DNA of 62,094 bases from a virus (taxonomy: Duplodnaviria > Caudoviricetes). The translations under genes and the position numbers were made by a program. The stretch is from positions 1-62,094 of IMG/VR virus record IMGVR_UViG_3300042141_000119; one strand, given 5' to 3'. The notes beneath the pieces are model-generated. The model worked only from the letters and a program-made list of their open reading frames with translations, was not told the origin of the DNA and did no database searches. Every line of letters starts with the position of its first letter. Position 1 is the first letter of the stretch. This document shows, in pieces, positions 39,079-47,491 of the stretch.

Positions 39079-40768
39079 GCTTTGCTCCTGACTGTGGCCC
39101 TAAGAAAATGAAGTCGTCGGCCTCTGCGGACATGCGTCGCTTCCGCTTCCGCAGCCACTCGACGTACCATGGTTCCTCTCCGGCCTCCACCTTCGGCTTG
39201 TGGTACTTCGGCCGGTAAGCGCAGAGATATTCTAGGCACTGGCAGGCGTGTACTTCGCCTCGCGTGTTGGGCTGATCCGTCACGACGTAGGCACCGCCGA
39301 CAAGCTGCGTCTTGTGCTTGTACCGCCGGAGTTCACGCTCGAGGTCTGGGCACGCACCGCGAAGAACGCGAAGCGTCGGACTGCCCTCTGGGCGAATGTG
39401 CAGGTAGTTCCGCACGGCAGACATTCGGGCCTGGACGTCGTCGCAGCCAGCCAGGAACGAGTGGCCCGTCGTCTCTGACGCGACCCCGTGCTTCTTCAAC
39501 TCCTCCGTGTAAAGCTCGACCGGAAGACGGCCCGACCCGATCTCTCTCAGGCGACCGCCGTGCATGTCGATGATGAAGGCATAGAAAGACTGCCCGCTGC
39601 ACTTTTCCCGCATTTTCTCGCCAAAAATGATGGAATTGCAGTTGCGAATGTACAGCTGGTCGTACACCAGCAGCATTGACTCGTCGGGCGGAACGGCGGC
39701 GAACAGGACGCTCGTGACAGCGTGGCCCGGATCGACCGCAGCGTACCGGCACCAGTCGGACGGCACCGTGAAGTTCTCTAGGTCCGTCCTGTCGAAGCCG
39801 TGAACGTGCATGGCGAACGTCGGGTAGCACAGGATCGAGTCGCTGATGAACTCGCCCTCGCTTCTCATCCGCAGAACGTCTTCGCCAAGCGCAGCCCACG
39901 CTTCGATACGCTTCCGCTTCTCGCCGTCCGGGATGTGCGGGTTGTCGAGGAACCGCAGGACGAACTTCACGATGTCCGGGTTCTCGACGCCCTGCTCGGA
40001 CAGCTTGTCCGCGCGTTCAGCTAGGTTCTGGAGCGAGTCATTCCGGCTGTGCGGCATGGCCGACCAAGACAGCACGCCGCGCAGGTCCGACAGACGGGCC
40101 TGCATTTCTGGAATCCACGCATCGCCGTTGTTTACGTCCTCGTCAATGTGGACGCGAGAGGCTTTCCAGCCCTGAGGCGGCTCTCCCTCAGAGGAAAAAA
40201 AGTAGATTTGCCAGCCGTTCGTGAGTTCGCACGACTGGATGTAGCGGGCACTCTTGAGTACCCACGACTTCTTCTTCACCATTCGGGGAGGGATGAGAGG
40301 GGGGGCGGGCTTGGCGTCCTTCTCCCGCGCGGCGTCGGTCGCCGGGTTGTAGGCTCTCCACTCGCCAGTCTTCTCGTCGCGAATGATCTTGAACGCACCC
40401 GCCATGAACAGCATCGGGTACACGACCAGACCGATGTGCTTCCAGTCCTTGCCGACGATGGCGAGAATCCCGTCCTTCTCGGGATACTTCTTGTGCGGGT
40501 CTTTCCCGCAGACGGCCCTCGCGTCCTCCACGAAAGTGCAGAGACTCTTGCCGGAGCGGTTGCCGCCTATGACGAGGATTTCACTCGCCCGGCTCGCGTG
40601 AACCTGCTCCTGCTGCGGCGTCGGGCAGTACAGCTTCAACGCCTCGATCCGGCGGCTCGCCAGTTCCGCCTGCATCTCCTTGAGTTCGTTCCTCTGGAAC
40701 TCCCCCAAACGCTTGACCGAAGGCAGCGGCGAAATCTGAGGGGGTTTGCGGCGGCGTGATTTGGACAT
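39059..40768 (-). CDS. terL: Terminase large subunit
   Basis: P.PQQ..H, GGNRSGKS Walker A, HIDED Walker B, DNPHI, AVDPG nuclease motif. Confidence 0.9.
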   Translation of the reverse strand: MSKSRRRKPPQISPLPSVKRLGEFQRNELKEMQAELASRRIEALKLYCPTPQQEQVHASRASEILVIGGNRSGKSLCTFVEDARAVCGKDPHKKYPEKDGILAIVGKDWKHIGLVVYPMLFMAGAFKIIRDEKTGEWRAYNPATDAAREKDAKPAPPLIPPRMVKKKSWVLKSARYIQSCELTNGWQIYFFSSEGEPPQGWKASRVHIDEDVNNGDAWIPEMQARLSDLRGVLSWSAMPHSRNDSLQNLAERADKLSEQGVENPDIVKFVLRFLDNPHIPDGEKRKRIEAWAALGEDVLRMRSEGEFISDSILCYPTFAMHVHGFDRTDLENFTVPSDWCRYAAVDPGHAVTSVLFAAVPPDESMLLVYDQLYIRNCNSIIFGEKMREKCSGQSFYAFIIDMHGGRLREIGSGRLPVELYTEELKKHGVASETTGHSFLAGCDDVQARMSAVRNYLHIRPEGSPTLRVLRGACPDLERELRRYKHKTQLVGGAYVVTDQPNTRGEVHACQCLEYLCAYRPKYHKPKVEAGEEPWYVEWLRKRKRRMSAEADDFIFLGPQSGAKHGSRVF

Positions 40769-41264
40769 CGAGCAGTCTCCCTTCGTAGCTCACGGCGATC
40801 CTTCGCAGCCTCTGGTCAAGCTCGGCCTCGATCTCCTCGTCCGACCACTGCATGAGAGGCTTCTTGGCACCGCCCAGTTCGGTGTTTTTCGTGACCAGAC
40901 GCACCACGCCCTCCAGCAGCTTCGTGCGGTGGGCCCCGCCTGGAGGGGCGTCGAAATACTGCTTGACCATGAGGGCGGCGAAACCGGAGCTACCGCCGAA
41001 GTAGTCCATGAGCCGCTCCAGCAGTTCGCTGGAGTGGGGAATGTTCTCGCCGCCGCGACCGGCCGACTTGAGGAAGGCTCCGACAGCCCCCTGCTCAATG
41101 GCCTTCATGTCGCCAGCCTTCTGCTTGGCCTTCTTCCCTCTGTTCACCTTCGCCCGGCAGATGAGGCAGCGGGCGTCCCACGACCCGTCCTTCTTGACGC
41201 GGTAGTGGTTCTTGGACAGCGGGAAGGACTGTCCGCAGTCGGTGCAGACTTTCTCGCTACCCAT
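40581..41264 (-). CDS. Zn-finger protein, terminase small subunit candidate
   Basis: CTDC...CLIC N-terminus, WSDEEI motif, directly upstream of terL. Confidence 0.45.
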   Translation of the reverse strand: MGSEKVCTDCGQSFPLSKNHYRVKKDGSWDARCLICRAKVNRGKKAKQKAGDMKAIEQGAVGAFLKSAGRGGENIPHSSELLERLMDYFGGSSGFAALMVKQYFDAPPGGAHRTKLLEGVVRLVTKNTELGGAKKPLMQWSDEEIEAELDQRLRRIAVSYEGRLLDVQITPPQTPSDFAAAFGQAFGGVPEERTQGDAGGTGEPPDRGVEAVLPDAAAGAGSREPGE

Positions 41265-41267
41265 GAC

Positions 41268-41483
41268 TCACCGGCCACCTTGCGAATTGCCACGAGACTG
41301 GCGAACGCGGTCAAGAACCATTCGCAGATGTTCCTCCGCTGGCTTCCCCTGCCGCTCGTACATCGAACCCGACTTCAACTCGGCCATTCGCGAGTCGTAC
41401 TTTTTCTGCGATTCACCGGACTCTCGCGGAATGTATTTCTCGCGAGGGTCTTTCGCGCTGAGGTTGTTGTTGCAATCAGCCAT
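41268..41483 (-). CDS. Hypothetical protein
   Basis: ORF track. Confidence 0.5.
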   Translation of the reverse strand: MADCNNNLSAKDPREKYIPRESGESQKKYDSRMAELKSGSMYERQGKPAEEHLRMVLDRVRQSRGNSQGGR

Positions 41484-41487
41484 TGCG

Positions 41488-41694
41488 TCACCTGTCAGCC
41501 TGCGGAACGGACGTAATCATCGGTGCCATTCCTGTCCGCTGGGCGGGCAGCTTTCCGGCACCCGTCTCCTGCTTGGACCGGAACTCATTCAGTTCCTCAA
41601 TGTCGAGCAGGCCCGCCTTGTGCAACTGATCCATGATCGACGCCCGGTCGTCCTTGAACTGCGTCATCGGAGTGGGCTGGTTAGGCAGCGGCAT
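41488..41694 (-). CDS. Hypothetical protein
   Basis: ORF track; GAGGTG RBS. Confidence 0.5.
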   Translation of the reverse strand: MPLPNQPTPMTQFKDDRASIMDQLHKAGLLDIEELNEFRSKQETGAGKLPAQRTGMAPMITSVPQADR

Positions 41695-41710
41695 TTGCGG
41701 TCACCTCATG

Positions 41711-41752
41711 AAAAAGGCCGCAGGTGAGGCATCCTTCCCCCACCTGCGGCCT
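41711..41752 (-). terminator. Intrinsic terminator after capsid genes
   Basis: GGCCGCAGGTG / CACCTGCGGCC stem with an A5 run (U-tract on minus strand). Confidence 0.75.
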
Positions 41753-41777
41753 GTCGTCACGACACTGTCAACGGGCA

Positions 41778-42317
41778 TCAGAAACCGGCGGTCGTCCGCA
41801 CGAGGATGCGACCGGAGGTCGTGGCACTCGTCGCGATGGCGTAGCCAAGAAGCGGCTTGCCATCGCCCTGCGCCGCAGCGGAGCCAGCCGTAGCCGACAC
41901 ACCGTAGGCGGCAGCAGCAGCAACGCTGGTGGCGGTCTTGGTGACCGTCGAGGGACCACGAACCACCAGCCAGAACACCTCGCCGTCGGCAACGCCAGCG
42001 GCGGGCAGGTACTCGTCAACGACCCCGATCAGAGCGGAAGCGTCGGTCGCCAGACCGTCAACCTCCGACAGGATCGCGGACGCCTTGAACTTCGCCACCT
42101 GACCGGGCAGCAGCGCCGAGCCGCTGGCGTTCTTCACGGCAATGCACTCGACGGTGCGATTGCTGTTGAGCGCCCCAGTGATCGGGCTCTCGTCGCGGAA
42201 CACCTTGCGGGTGCCCACAATGGTCGAACCGTCGCCGTTCTCGGCCTCGTACATCTTGACGGTAACGCCAAGCGTCTGGCCGCGACCGAATCCGGGATCA
42301 GCAGTCAACGTACTCAT
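41778..42317 (-). CDS. Capsid cement/decoration protein (putative)
   Basis: Directly after MCP; GVVDEYL...FWLVVRGP motif. Confidence 0.6.
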   Translation of the reverse strand: MSTLTADPGFGRGQTLGVTVKMYEAENGDGSTIVGTRKVFRDESPITGALNSNRTVECIAVKNASGSALLPGQVAKFKASAILSEVDGLATDASALIGVVDEYLPAAGVADGEVFWLVVRGPSTVTKTATSVAAAAAYGVSATAGSAAAQGDGKPLLGYAIATSATTSGRILVRTTAGF

Positions 42318-42341
42318 CTGTCATCGTTCTCCTAGAAAGGG

Positions 42342-43457
42342 TCAGGCGAGGGCGGCGAACTTCACGAAGTTGCGGGGCGACTTCATCTTGATGTTGGCGA
42401 GGACCGACACCGCGTACCTGTACGCGGAAAGCTCCTCGTTGAAGTACGGTCCCTCCGCTTCGAGAAGCTGCCCAGTCATCACCTTCATTTCCATGTTGCC
42501 GATCGACAGGGCGTAGCCGACGCCCGGAGGACAGCCGTAGTCGCTCGCCACCTCGATGCCGTCGATCTCGACGGTGTCGAAGCCGTAGCTCTTGAGGCCG
42601 TTCGTCTTGGTGACGATGGCCCGCTCACGCGAATCCAGCCGGTTGAGGAACTGGATATACAGAGCCCGGTCGAGGAGGATCATGTCGATCTGATTCTCCT
42701 TCGTGTCGTTCCGCTTCGCGTGCGTCACCGCCGTGCGAATCGCCTCGATGCACTGATCCTTCCACGTTGCAGTCGCACCGCCGAAGAACGTGCTCGTGTA
42801 GTTACAGACGAGGGGCGCCCAAAAGTCGTACTCGGGATCGACCGGAACGGCGGGCCACGAGCCCGACGCAAGCTGCGAGCCAGCGTACTGGCCCAGACCG
42901 CACTTCAGACCGGCGTACTCGTCGTTCGGGAAGCCGAACGGATCGGCGGCGTTGGCCGTCCGCTGCGCGCCCGTGCTGACGTTCACCGTGCCGTTCACGG
43001 AGAACATGCTCTCCAGGCCGTGCCACCGATTCTCGTTACCGGCGGCATTGCCGTCCACGAAGACTTCCTTGGACAGATGCTCCTCGATGCTCTCCTTGAG
43101 CCGATTCGCCATCTTGCCCGCGACGTCGATGAGCTGGGCCTGACCACGATTCTCCAGCATCTCGCGCTTTGTGATCTGGTCCGTCACGGTGTAGCCGCGA
43201 TACGGGAGGCTGGCTCTCTGCCAGAGCGCGTGGCGCGAGAAGACTCGCGGCGACTCGCCTGAGTACGAGGAAACAGGGACGTTCCTGTACCTGACCTGCC
43301 AGTCGAAACCCCGACCTCCCTGATTCATCGCCACGTTGCCGTTGGCTTGCAGGGCAGCGAACACCTTGAACTTGCGGAACGTCGTCTGTTCCTCTTCCTT
43401 CAAATGAAGGGTCAGGGTCGTCCCAATCGAACGGGCCCAGTCAACGCTAGAAGCCAT
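42342..43457 (-). CDS. Major capsid protein (putative)
   Basis: 371 aa between scaffold-like and decoration-like genes; DGNAAG...GLES; terminator downstream. Confidence 0.75.
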   Translation of the reverse strand: MASSVDWARSIGTTLTLHLKEEEQTTFRKFKVFAALQANGNVAMNQGGRGFDWQVRYRNVPVSSYSGESPRVFSRHALWQRASLPYRGYTVTDQITKREMLENRGQAQLIDVAGKMANRLKESIEEHLSKEVFVDGNAAGNENRWHGLESMFSVNGTVNVSTGAQRTANAADPFGFPNDEYAGLKCGLGQYAGSQLASGSWPAVPVDPEYDFWAPLVCNYTSTFFGGATATWKDQCIEAIRTAVTHAKRNDTKENQIDMILLDRALYIQFLNRLDSRERAIVTKTNGLKSYGFDTVEIDGIEVASDYGCPPGVGYALSIGNMEMKVMTGQLLEAEGPYFNEELSAYRYAVSVLANIKMKSPRNFVKFAALA

Positions 43458-43467
43458 TTGCTACCTC

Positions 43468-44577
43468 TCAAGAAATGCGTTCGCGAGCAAGCTGCTTGGC
43501 GAGACGCTGTTCAAAGGTCAAGGGTGCCTGCGGAGTTCTCGGGTCGTCCGAACTCGCGTTCCTGCTCGGATTGCGAGACGCTTCCCTTCTAAGAAACTCT
43601 ATGTCCTTCTGTGCTTGATTTGATGCATCGACGGGAGCTTCTGTCGGCACGGCGGCGGGCTCCGCAGGTGCTGTTTGCTGCGGCAAAACAGACTCAAACG
43701 CGCCTCGCTGCTGCTGCGACTTGTACTGCTCAACGAGCTTCGCAAGAAGATCGCGCTCGACAGCAATCGTCGCCCACTCCCACCGCTGCTCGGGCGTGCC
43801 GATGCCAGCGTCAGCGAGCTTCTCGATGTACTGATTCGCAGCCAAGCCCTCCGGCGTGGCGTTGCCAGCCTCGTCGTACAGCCAGTCGCGGTTCTCCTTC
43901 TCAAGGCCAGCGACGTACTGATTCCGCTGCACCTCCTCAAACTGCTTCTGGACGATCTGCTCCGCGATGCTCTTGGCCTGCTCTTGGATCATGGGCCCCA
44001 GAGCTTCCTCCGGGTTGGTCAGGAACTTCTGGGCGAAGTCGGCCTTGTACTTCTGGTACTCGTACAGGGCGTGGCGAGCGTCGAGCGGAGCGTTCTCGGC
44101 AATCACCTCACGGCCGCTCTCGTCCTTGACGAGGTACTGCTTGTAGGAGTCTCGGACCTCCGGCGGGTTCCACCACTTCTTCGCAGCCTCGCTTGCCGCC
44201 TGCTGCGGCGACTGCTGCGGCTGGGAGGGCTGCTGCTGCTGGGAGGAGAGCCATCGCTCGAAGGGTTCTCGGTGCTGGAGGTACTGTTGGGCGTAGGGGA
44301 TGTACTGCTGGTATTGGGCAAGAGCTTGTGTTGCTGCTTTCTCTCGCTCCATTGAGGCATAGAGGCGGCGAGCAATCGCCACGTCGTCCGCCCCTTTGAA
44401 GTCAGGGAGAGCCTTGAAGGCGTCCCACACCGACTGCTGCGGCTGTGCAGCGGCCTGAGCGGGTGCTGCCGCTTCCGGCGTCGAGGCTTCTGGTGCAGGT
44501 GCCGCACTGGGCTCGCTCGTTTCTGGCGTGGAGTTGTCGAGTGACTCGTCGGCTTCCATGACGGCTTCGTCGGACAT
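43468..44577 (-). CDS. Scaffolding protein (putative)
   Basis: Acidic, Gln/Ala-rich coiled protein immediately upstream of MCP. Confidence 0.6.
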   Translation of the reverse strand: MSDEAVMEADESLDNSTPETSEPSAAPAPEASTPEAAAPAQAAAQPQQSVWDAFKALPDFKGADDVAIARRLYASMEREKAATQALAQYQQYIPYAQQYLQHREPFERWLSSQQQQPSQPQQSPQQAASEAAKKWWNPPEVRDSYKQYLVKDESGREVIAENAPLDARHALYEYQKYKADFAQKFLTNPEEALGPMIQEQAKSIAEQIVQKQFEEVQRNQYVAGLEKENRDWLYDEAGNATPEGLAANQYIEKLADAGIGTPEQRWEWATIAVERDLLAKLVEQYKSQQQRGAFESVLPQQTAPAEPAAVPTEAPVDASNQAQKDIEFLRREASRNPSRNASSDDPRTPQAPLTFEQRLAKQLARERIS

Positions 44578-44591
44578 TGGTATTTCCTGCG

Positions 44592-45857
44592 TTATCGTGA
44601 GGAGAGCGGAACCTTTCCGCCTTGCTGCAACCTGTTGTACGCCTCTAAATCCGCTGTAGCGACACTCGCAGCGTTCCTCGTCCTGGCGTACTGATTGCGC
44701 CTCGCCTCATTCGCAGCATCGACCTCAGCGTCGGTCTTTACGGCAATGTCGGCCGTGTCTTCCGGCGCGTAGCCGAAGTACTGTGCCCACGTTCGCTCGG
44801 GCTTCTGCCGGATCGCACCGACAATCCCCGTAGACACTGCGGCATCGACGGCTGCGTCTTTGGCGAGCCCCTTCGCGGCCGCTTTGGCCCCAGTCTTCGC
44901 AGCCGACTTGGCCCCAGCCATCACAGAGCCCATTGGGATCAGCTGCGTGCCGTCGAGTGTCGCCATCGCGGCGTCACCGATGTCGCGGACAGCAGGTGAC
45001 GGGAGCCTGCCTGTCGTGCGAATCCACCGTTCCGCCGAATCCGGCACGGCGGCCGTAGTTGCCTCTCTCTGCAACTCCGCAAGGCGTGCGGACCTCTGGG
45101 CTGGAGTCGCCGTAGCGGGCAGGTCGAGGATCGGAGAGGGGCTCGAGAGGCGGTTGTTGTCGTTCGACCAGTACGCCCCGAGAGCCGTGTCGAGTGAGCC
45201 CTCCCTTGTCCCTGCCTCCCCGCTCCCCTGCATGGCGAGGAAGTCATACGGCACATTGCCGTAGTTCATCAGCCTGCCAACAGGCATGTCCGGGTTCGTG
45301 GCGGCGTTGGCGATCCCAGCAACGACAGCCTCTTGGTCTGCCCATCCGCCGGAGTCACGCCAGTTGTTGCGGTACAGCCGGTTGTTGTTGGTCCGGTCCC
45401 ACGCTTCGAGGGCGTTCTGCTGGCGAACCTTCGGAAGCCTTGATGGGTCGTCTGACGGCCCGGTCCACGCCGACACGCTCCCGTCCGCCTCAGGGCTGCT
45501 GGCGGACAGCCTGTCCAGAAACTCCTTGTCCCGCAGATACCGCTGGCGGAACTCGTGCGTCTCCGGGTCAACGAGGTAGATGGACTCCTCCCACCGCTTC
45601 TGAACCTCGTCTGGCGTGCGGCCAACGCTGGCGTACTCGGCCCTCGCGTTCGCCCGCTCTGTGGGGTTTGCCCAAGCTGACGGCCGCTTGCCAGCCTTCT
45701 CTGCCATGCCAGCGATCATGGCTGCGGCATCAGCGTCCGAAGTCCCGGCCGGGATGCCGTGACGGGCATAGATGTCCCTGCGGATGGCCCGCTCGCGGAC
45801 ATCACTCGGGTCGCTCTCCAGAAATGAAGACAGTTCGTCGTCAGTCAGGCCAGCCAC
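44592..45857 (-). CDS. Hypothetical protein
   Basis: 421 aa ORF. Confidence 0.6.
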   Translation of the reverse strand: MAGLTDDELSSFLESDPSDVRERAIRRDIYARHGIPAGTSDADAAAMIAGMAEKAGKRPSAWANPTERANARAEYASVGRTPDEVQKRWEESIYLVDPETHEFRQRYLRDKEFLDRLSASSPEADGSVSAWTGPSDDPSRLPKVRQQNALEAWDRTNNNRLYRNNWRDSGGWADQEAVVAGIANAATNPDMPVGRLMNYGNVPYDFLAMQGSGEAGTREGSLDTALGAYWSNDNNRLSSPSPILDLPATATPAQRSARLAELQREATTAAVPDSAERWIRTTGRLPSPAVRDIGDAAMATLDGTQLIPMGSVMAGAKSAAKTGAKAAAKGLAKDAAVDAAVSTGIVGAIRQKPERTWAQYFGYAPEDTADIAVKTDAEVDAANEARRNQYARTRNAASVATADLEAYNRLQQGGKVPLSSR

Positions 45858-45860
45858 CGG

Positions 45861-46226
45861 CTACTCCATGCGAGGGTGAAACGGTTTCCCGTGACCGGAC
45901 CAGCCGTTCTTCGACCGCAGGTACTCGTCCCGCAGGCTGCGTATCCGGTCGGCTGTCGGCTCTGGCGTAACGACGATGGCGTTCTCTGCCTCAGGCCACG
46001 CTGGCTTCTGGAGGCGTCTGAGGGCTCCCTCGCCAAGCACGGCTGCGTTGTTCAGCAGGCTCCCGCCGCCACGAGACACATCCACGAACGGGAGCGTGAC
46101 GCCCGTGAGCGACTTGACGGCCCCCTCGATGCTCGGGACTTCTGACTTGGCGATAATCGCCCCGTCAAACGAGTTGTCTTCCCGGCCGATGAAGTTCTTG
46201 CCCATGAAGTCCCTCAAAGGATTCAT
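45861..46226 (-). CDS. Hypothetical protein
   Basis: ORF track. Confidence 0.5.
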   Translation of the reverse strand: MNPLRDFMGKNFIGREDNSFDGAIIAKSEVPSIEGAVKSLTGVTLPFVDVSRGGGSLLNNAAVLGEGALRRLQKPAWPEAENAIVVTPEPTADRIRSLRDEYLRSKNGWSGHGKPFHPRME

Positions 46227-46241
46227 GGACGGGAGCGGGCA

Positions 46242-46385
46242 TTATCGGGCAAGCAGGTAAAGGCCGATATTCGACAGGGCGTAGCCGAAATACGCGATTG
46301 CCATGCCGTGATTGCCCCGCCATAGCTGCTCGGCGGAAACGTAGGCGTAGATGAGGCCCGTCAGGCCGATAAGCCATCCGCTCAT
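46242..46385 (-). CDS. Small membrane protein (MSGWLIGLTGLIYAYVSAEQ...)
   Basis: Manual translation, 47 aa, two hydrophobic stretches; ATGA coupling. Confidence 0.65.
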   Translation of the reverse strand: MSGWLIGLTGLIYAYVSAEQLWRGNHGMAIAYFGYALSNIGLYLLAR

Positions 46386-46798
46386 TTCAGCCTCTCCAGC
46401 AATGCGCGGAGCGTGGCGGCGAGCCGAGTGTCGTGGAATTCGTCGGCAATCGCAGCAGCCCGCTCAATCGCCTCCCGCTCCGCGTCGGTGATCGTCCCTT
46501 CCATCGTCACCGCCACGTTGCCGTCGCATACGGACAGCGTGGCGTCTTGATCTGCGATGCGGCGGATGGCTTCTTTCAGCCGCTCGTTTTCCGCGAGCGT
46601 CGGTCCCGGCTGTCGATAGAGCGGCTCGTAAACCATGCCATCGTAGGCCAACTCCTCTATCACAATCCGAGCGTGCGCCTGCGTGGAGTATGTGCCGATG
46701 CAGTTGCCGTCGGCTTCAAACACTGCCCACGCCACCGGCTGAGAACCAACGGATGCAGGAGACGGCTCTGCACCGTCCTGCGTGTTGTCAGTGTTCAT
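46382..46798 (-). CDS. Cassette-type hypothetical protein 1 (QPVAW...LRALLERL family)
   Basis: Start and AGGAG RBS lie inside attC1. Confidence 0.7.
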   Translation of the reverse strand: MNTDNTQDGAEPSPASVGSQPVAWAVFEADGNCIGTYSTQAHARIVIEELAYDGMVYEPLYRQPGPTLAENERLKEAIRRIADQDATLSVCDGNVAVTMEGTITDAEREAIERAAAIADEFHDTRLAATLRALLERLK

Positions 46799-46829
46799 AG
46801 TTCGCCGCTCCTGATCCTTGTCGTTCTCA
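46740..46829 (+). mobile_element. Integron attC-like site 1
   Basis: R'' TGAGAAC, L'' GATGCAGG, L' CCTGATC, R' GTTCTCA; two extrahelical bases; 90 bp. Confidence 0.85.
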
Positions 46830-47162
46830 GCCTAGCCGTTCCAGCAATCCCCGAAGCGCCACCGCGTCAGCAGCCGCAGCCTTGTCACCAAATAGTCTCG
46901 CGTCCTGCTCTGCCCCCTCCAGCGCCTCCCGAATCGCCGCTCGCTCCGCTGCCGTAAGGGTTGGCGGCGGCGTCATGTAGAGAGGCAGAATGTCCTCGTC
47001 GCTCCTGCCGTTGTGCCTTGCGCTCGCCTCTGCCCACTTTCGCTGGGGATGCACCGACACCGCCCGCGTGCGGCTGCTGACGAGTGCCGGATTGCCGACC
47101 GACCAAGCAACCGGCTGAGAACCACGCGATGCAGCAAACATCTCATTCACCTCGTCACTCAT
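46827..47162 (-). CDS. Cassette-type hypothetical protein 2 (QPVAW...LRGLLERL family)
   Basis: Start in attC2, stop TGA in the R' box of attC1. Confidence 0.7.
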   Translation of the reverse strand: MSDEVNEMFAASRGSQPVAWSVGNPALVSSRTRAVSVHPQRKWAEASARHNGRSDEDILPLYMTPPPTLTAAERAAIREALEGAEQDARLFGDKAAAADAVALRGLLERLG

Positions 47163-47204
47163 GGTTGCTCCTGTGTTCGATGCCGCTGATCGCTGGCGTT
47201 ATGC
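47116..47204 (+). mobile_element. Integron attC-like site 2
   Basis: R'' TGAGAAC, L'' GATGCAGC, L' GCTGATC, R' GTTATGC; 89 bp. Confidence 0.85.
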
Positions 47205-47459
47205 GATTGTCTCGCGGTGGCATGGAATGGTCAGATTCCCGGTTCGTTCGTCAAACGGTAGCGACTCGTCAGGCTGCGACTCGTCTGGCGTCAGCCAGTC
47301 GCCGCAGTGTTCGCAAGCCTCGCCAGATGGCGAGCCGCAATCACGCGATGGCTGGCGGAACTTGACGCCGCATGATTCGCAACTGAAGTACCGCCACCCG
47401 CGCATAACCACGCGATGCAGCGGACCCGCGAGCGTGTCGGTTGGTTTGTTCATGGTCAT
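47199..47459 (-). CDS. Cassette-type zinc-ribbon protein
   Basis: CESC...CEHC; start in attC3, stop TAA in the R' box of attC2. Confidence 0.7.
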   Translation of the reverse strand: MTMNKPTDTLAGPLHRVVMRGWRYFSCESCGVKFRQPSRDCGSPSGEACEHCGDWLTPDESQPDESLPFDERTGNLTIPCHRETIA

Positions 47460-47491
47460 AGGTCGCGGGCCGCTGATCGCTGGCGTTCTCA
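47402..47491 (+). mobile_element. Integron attC-like site 3
   Basis: R'' GCATAAC, L'' GATGCAGC, GG(A)CCCGCGA/TCGCGGGCC, L' GCTGATC, R' GTTCTCA; 90 bp. Confidence 0.9.
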
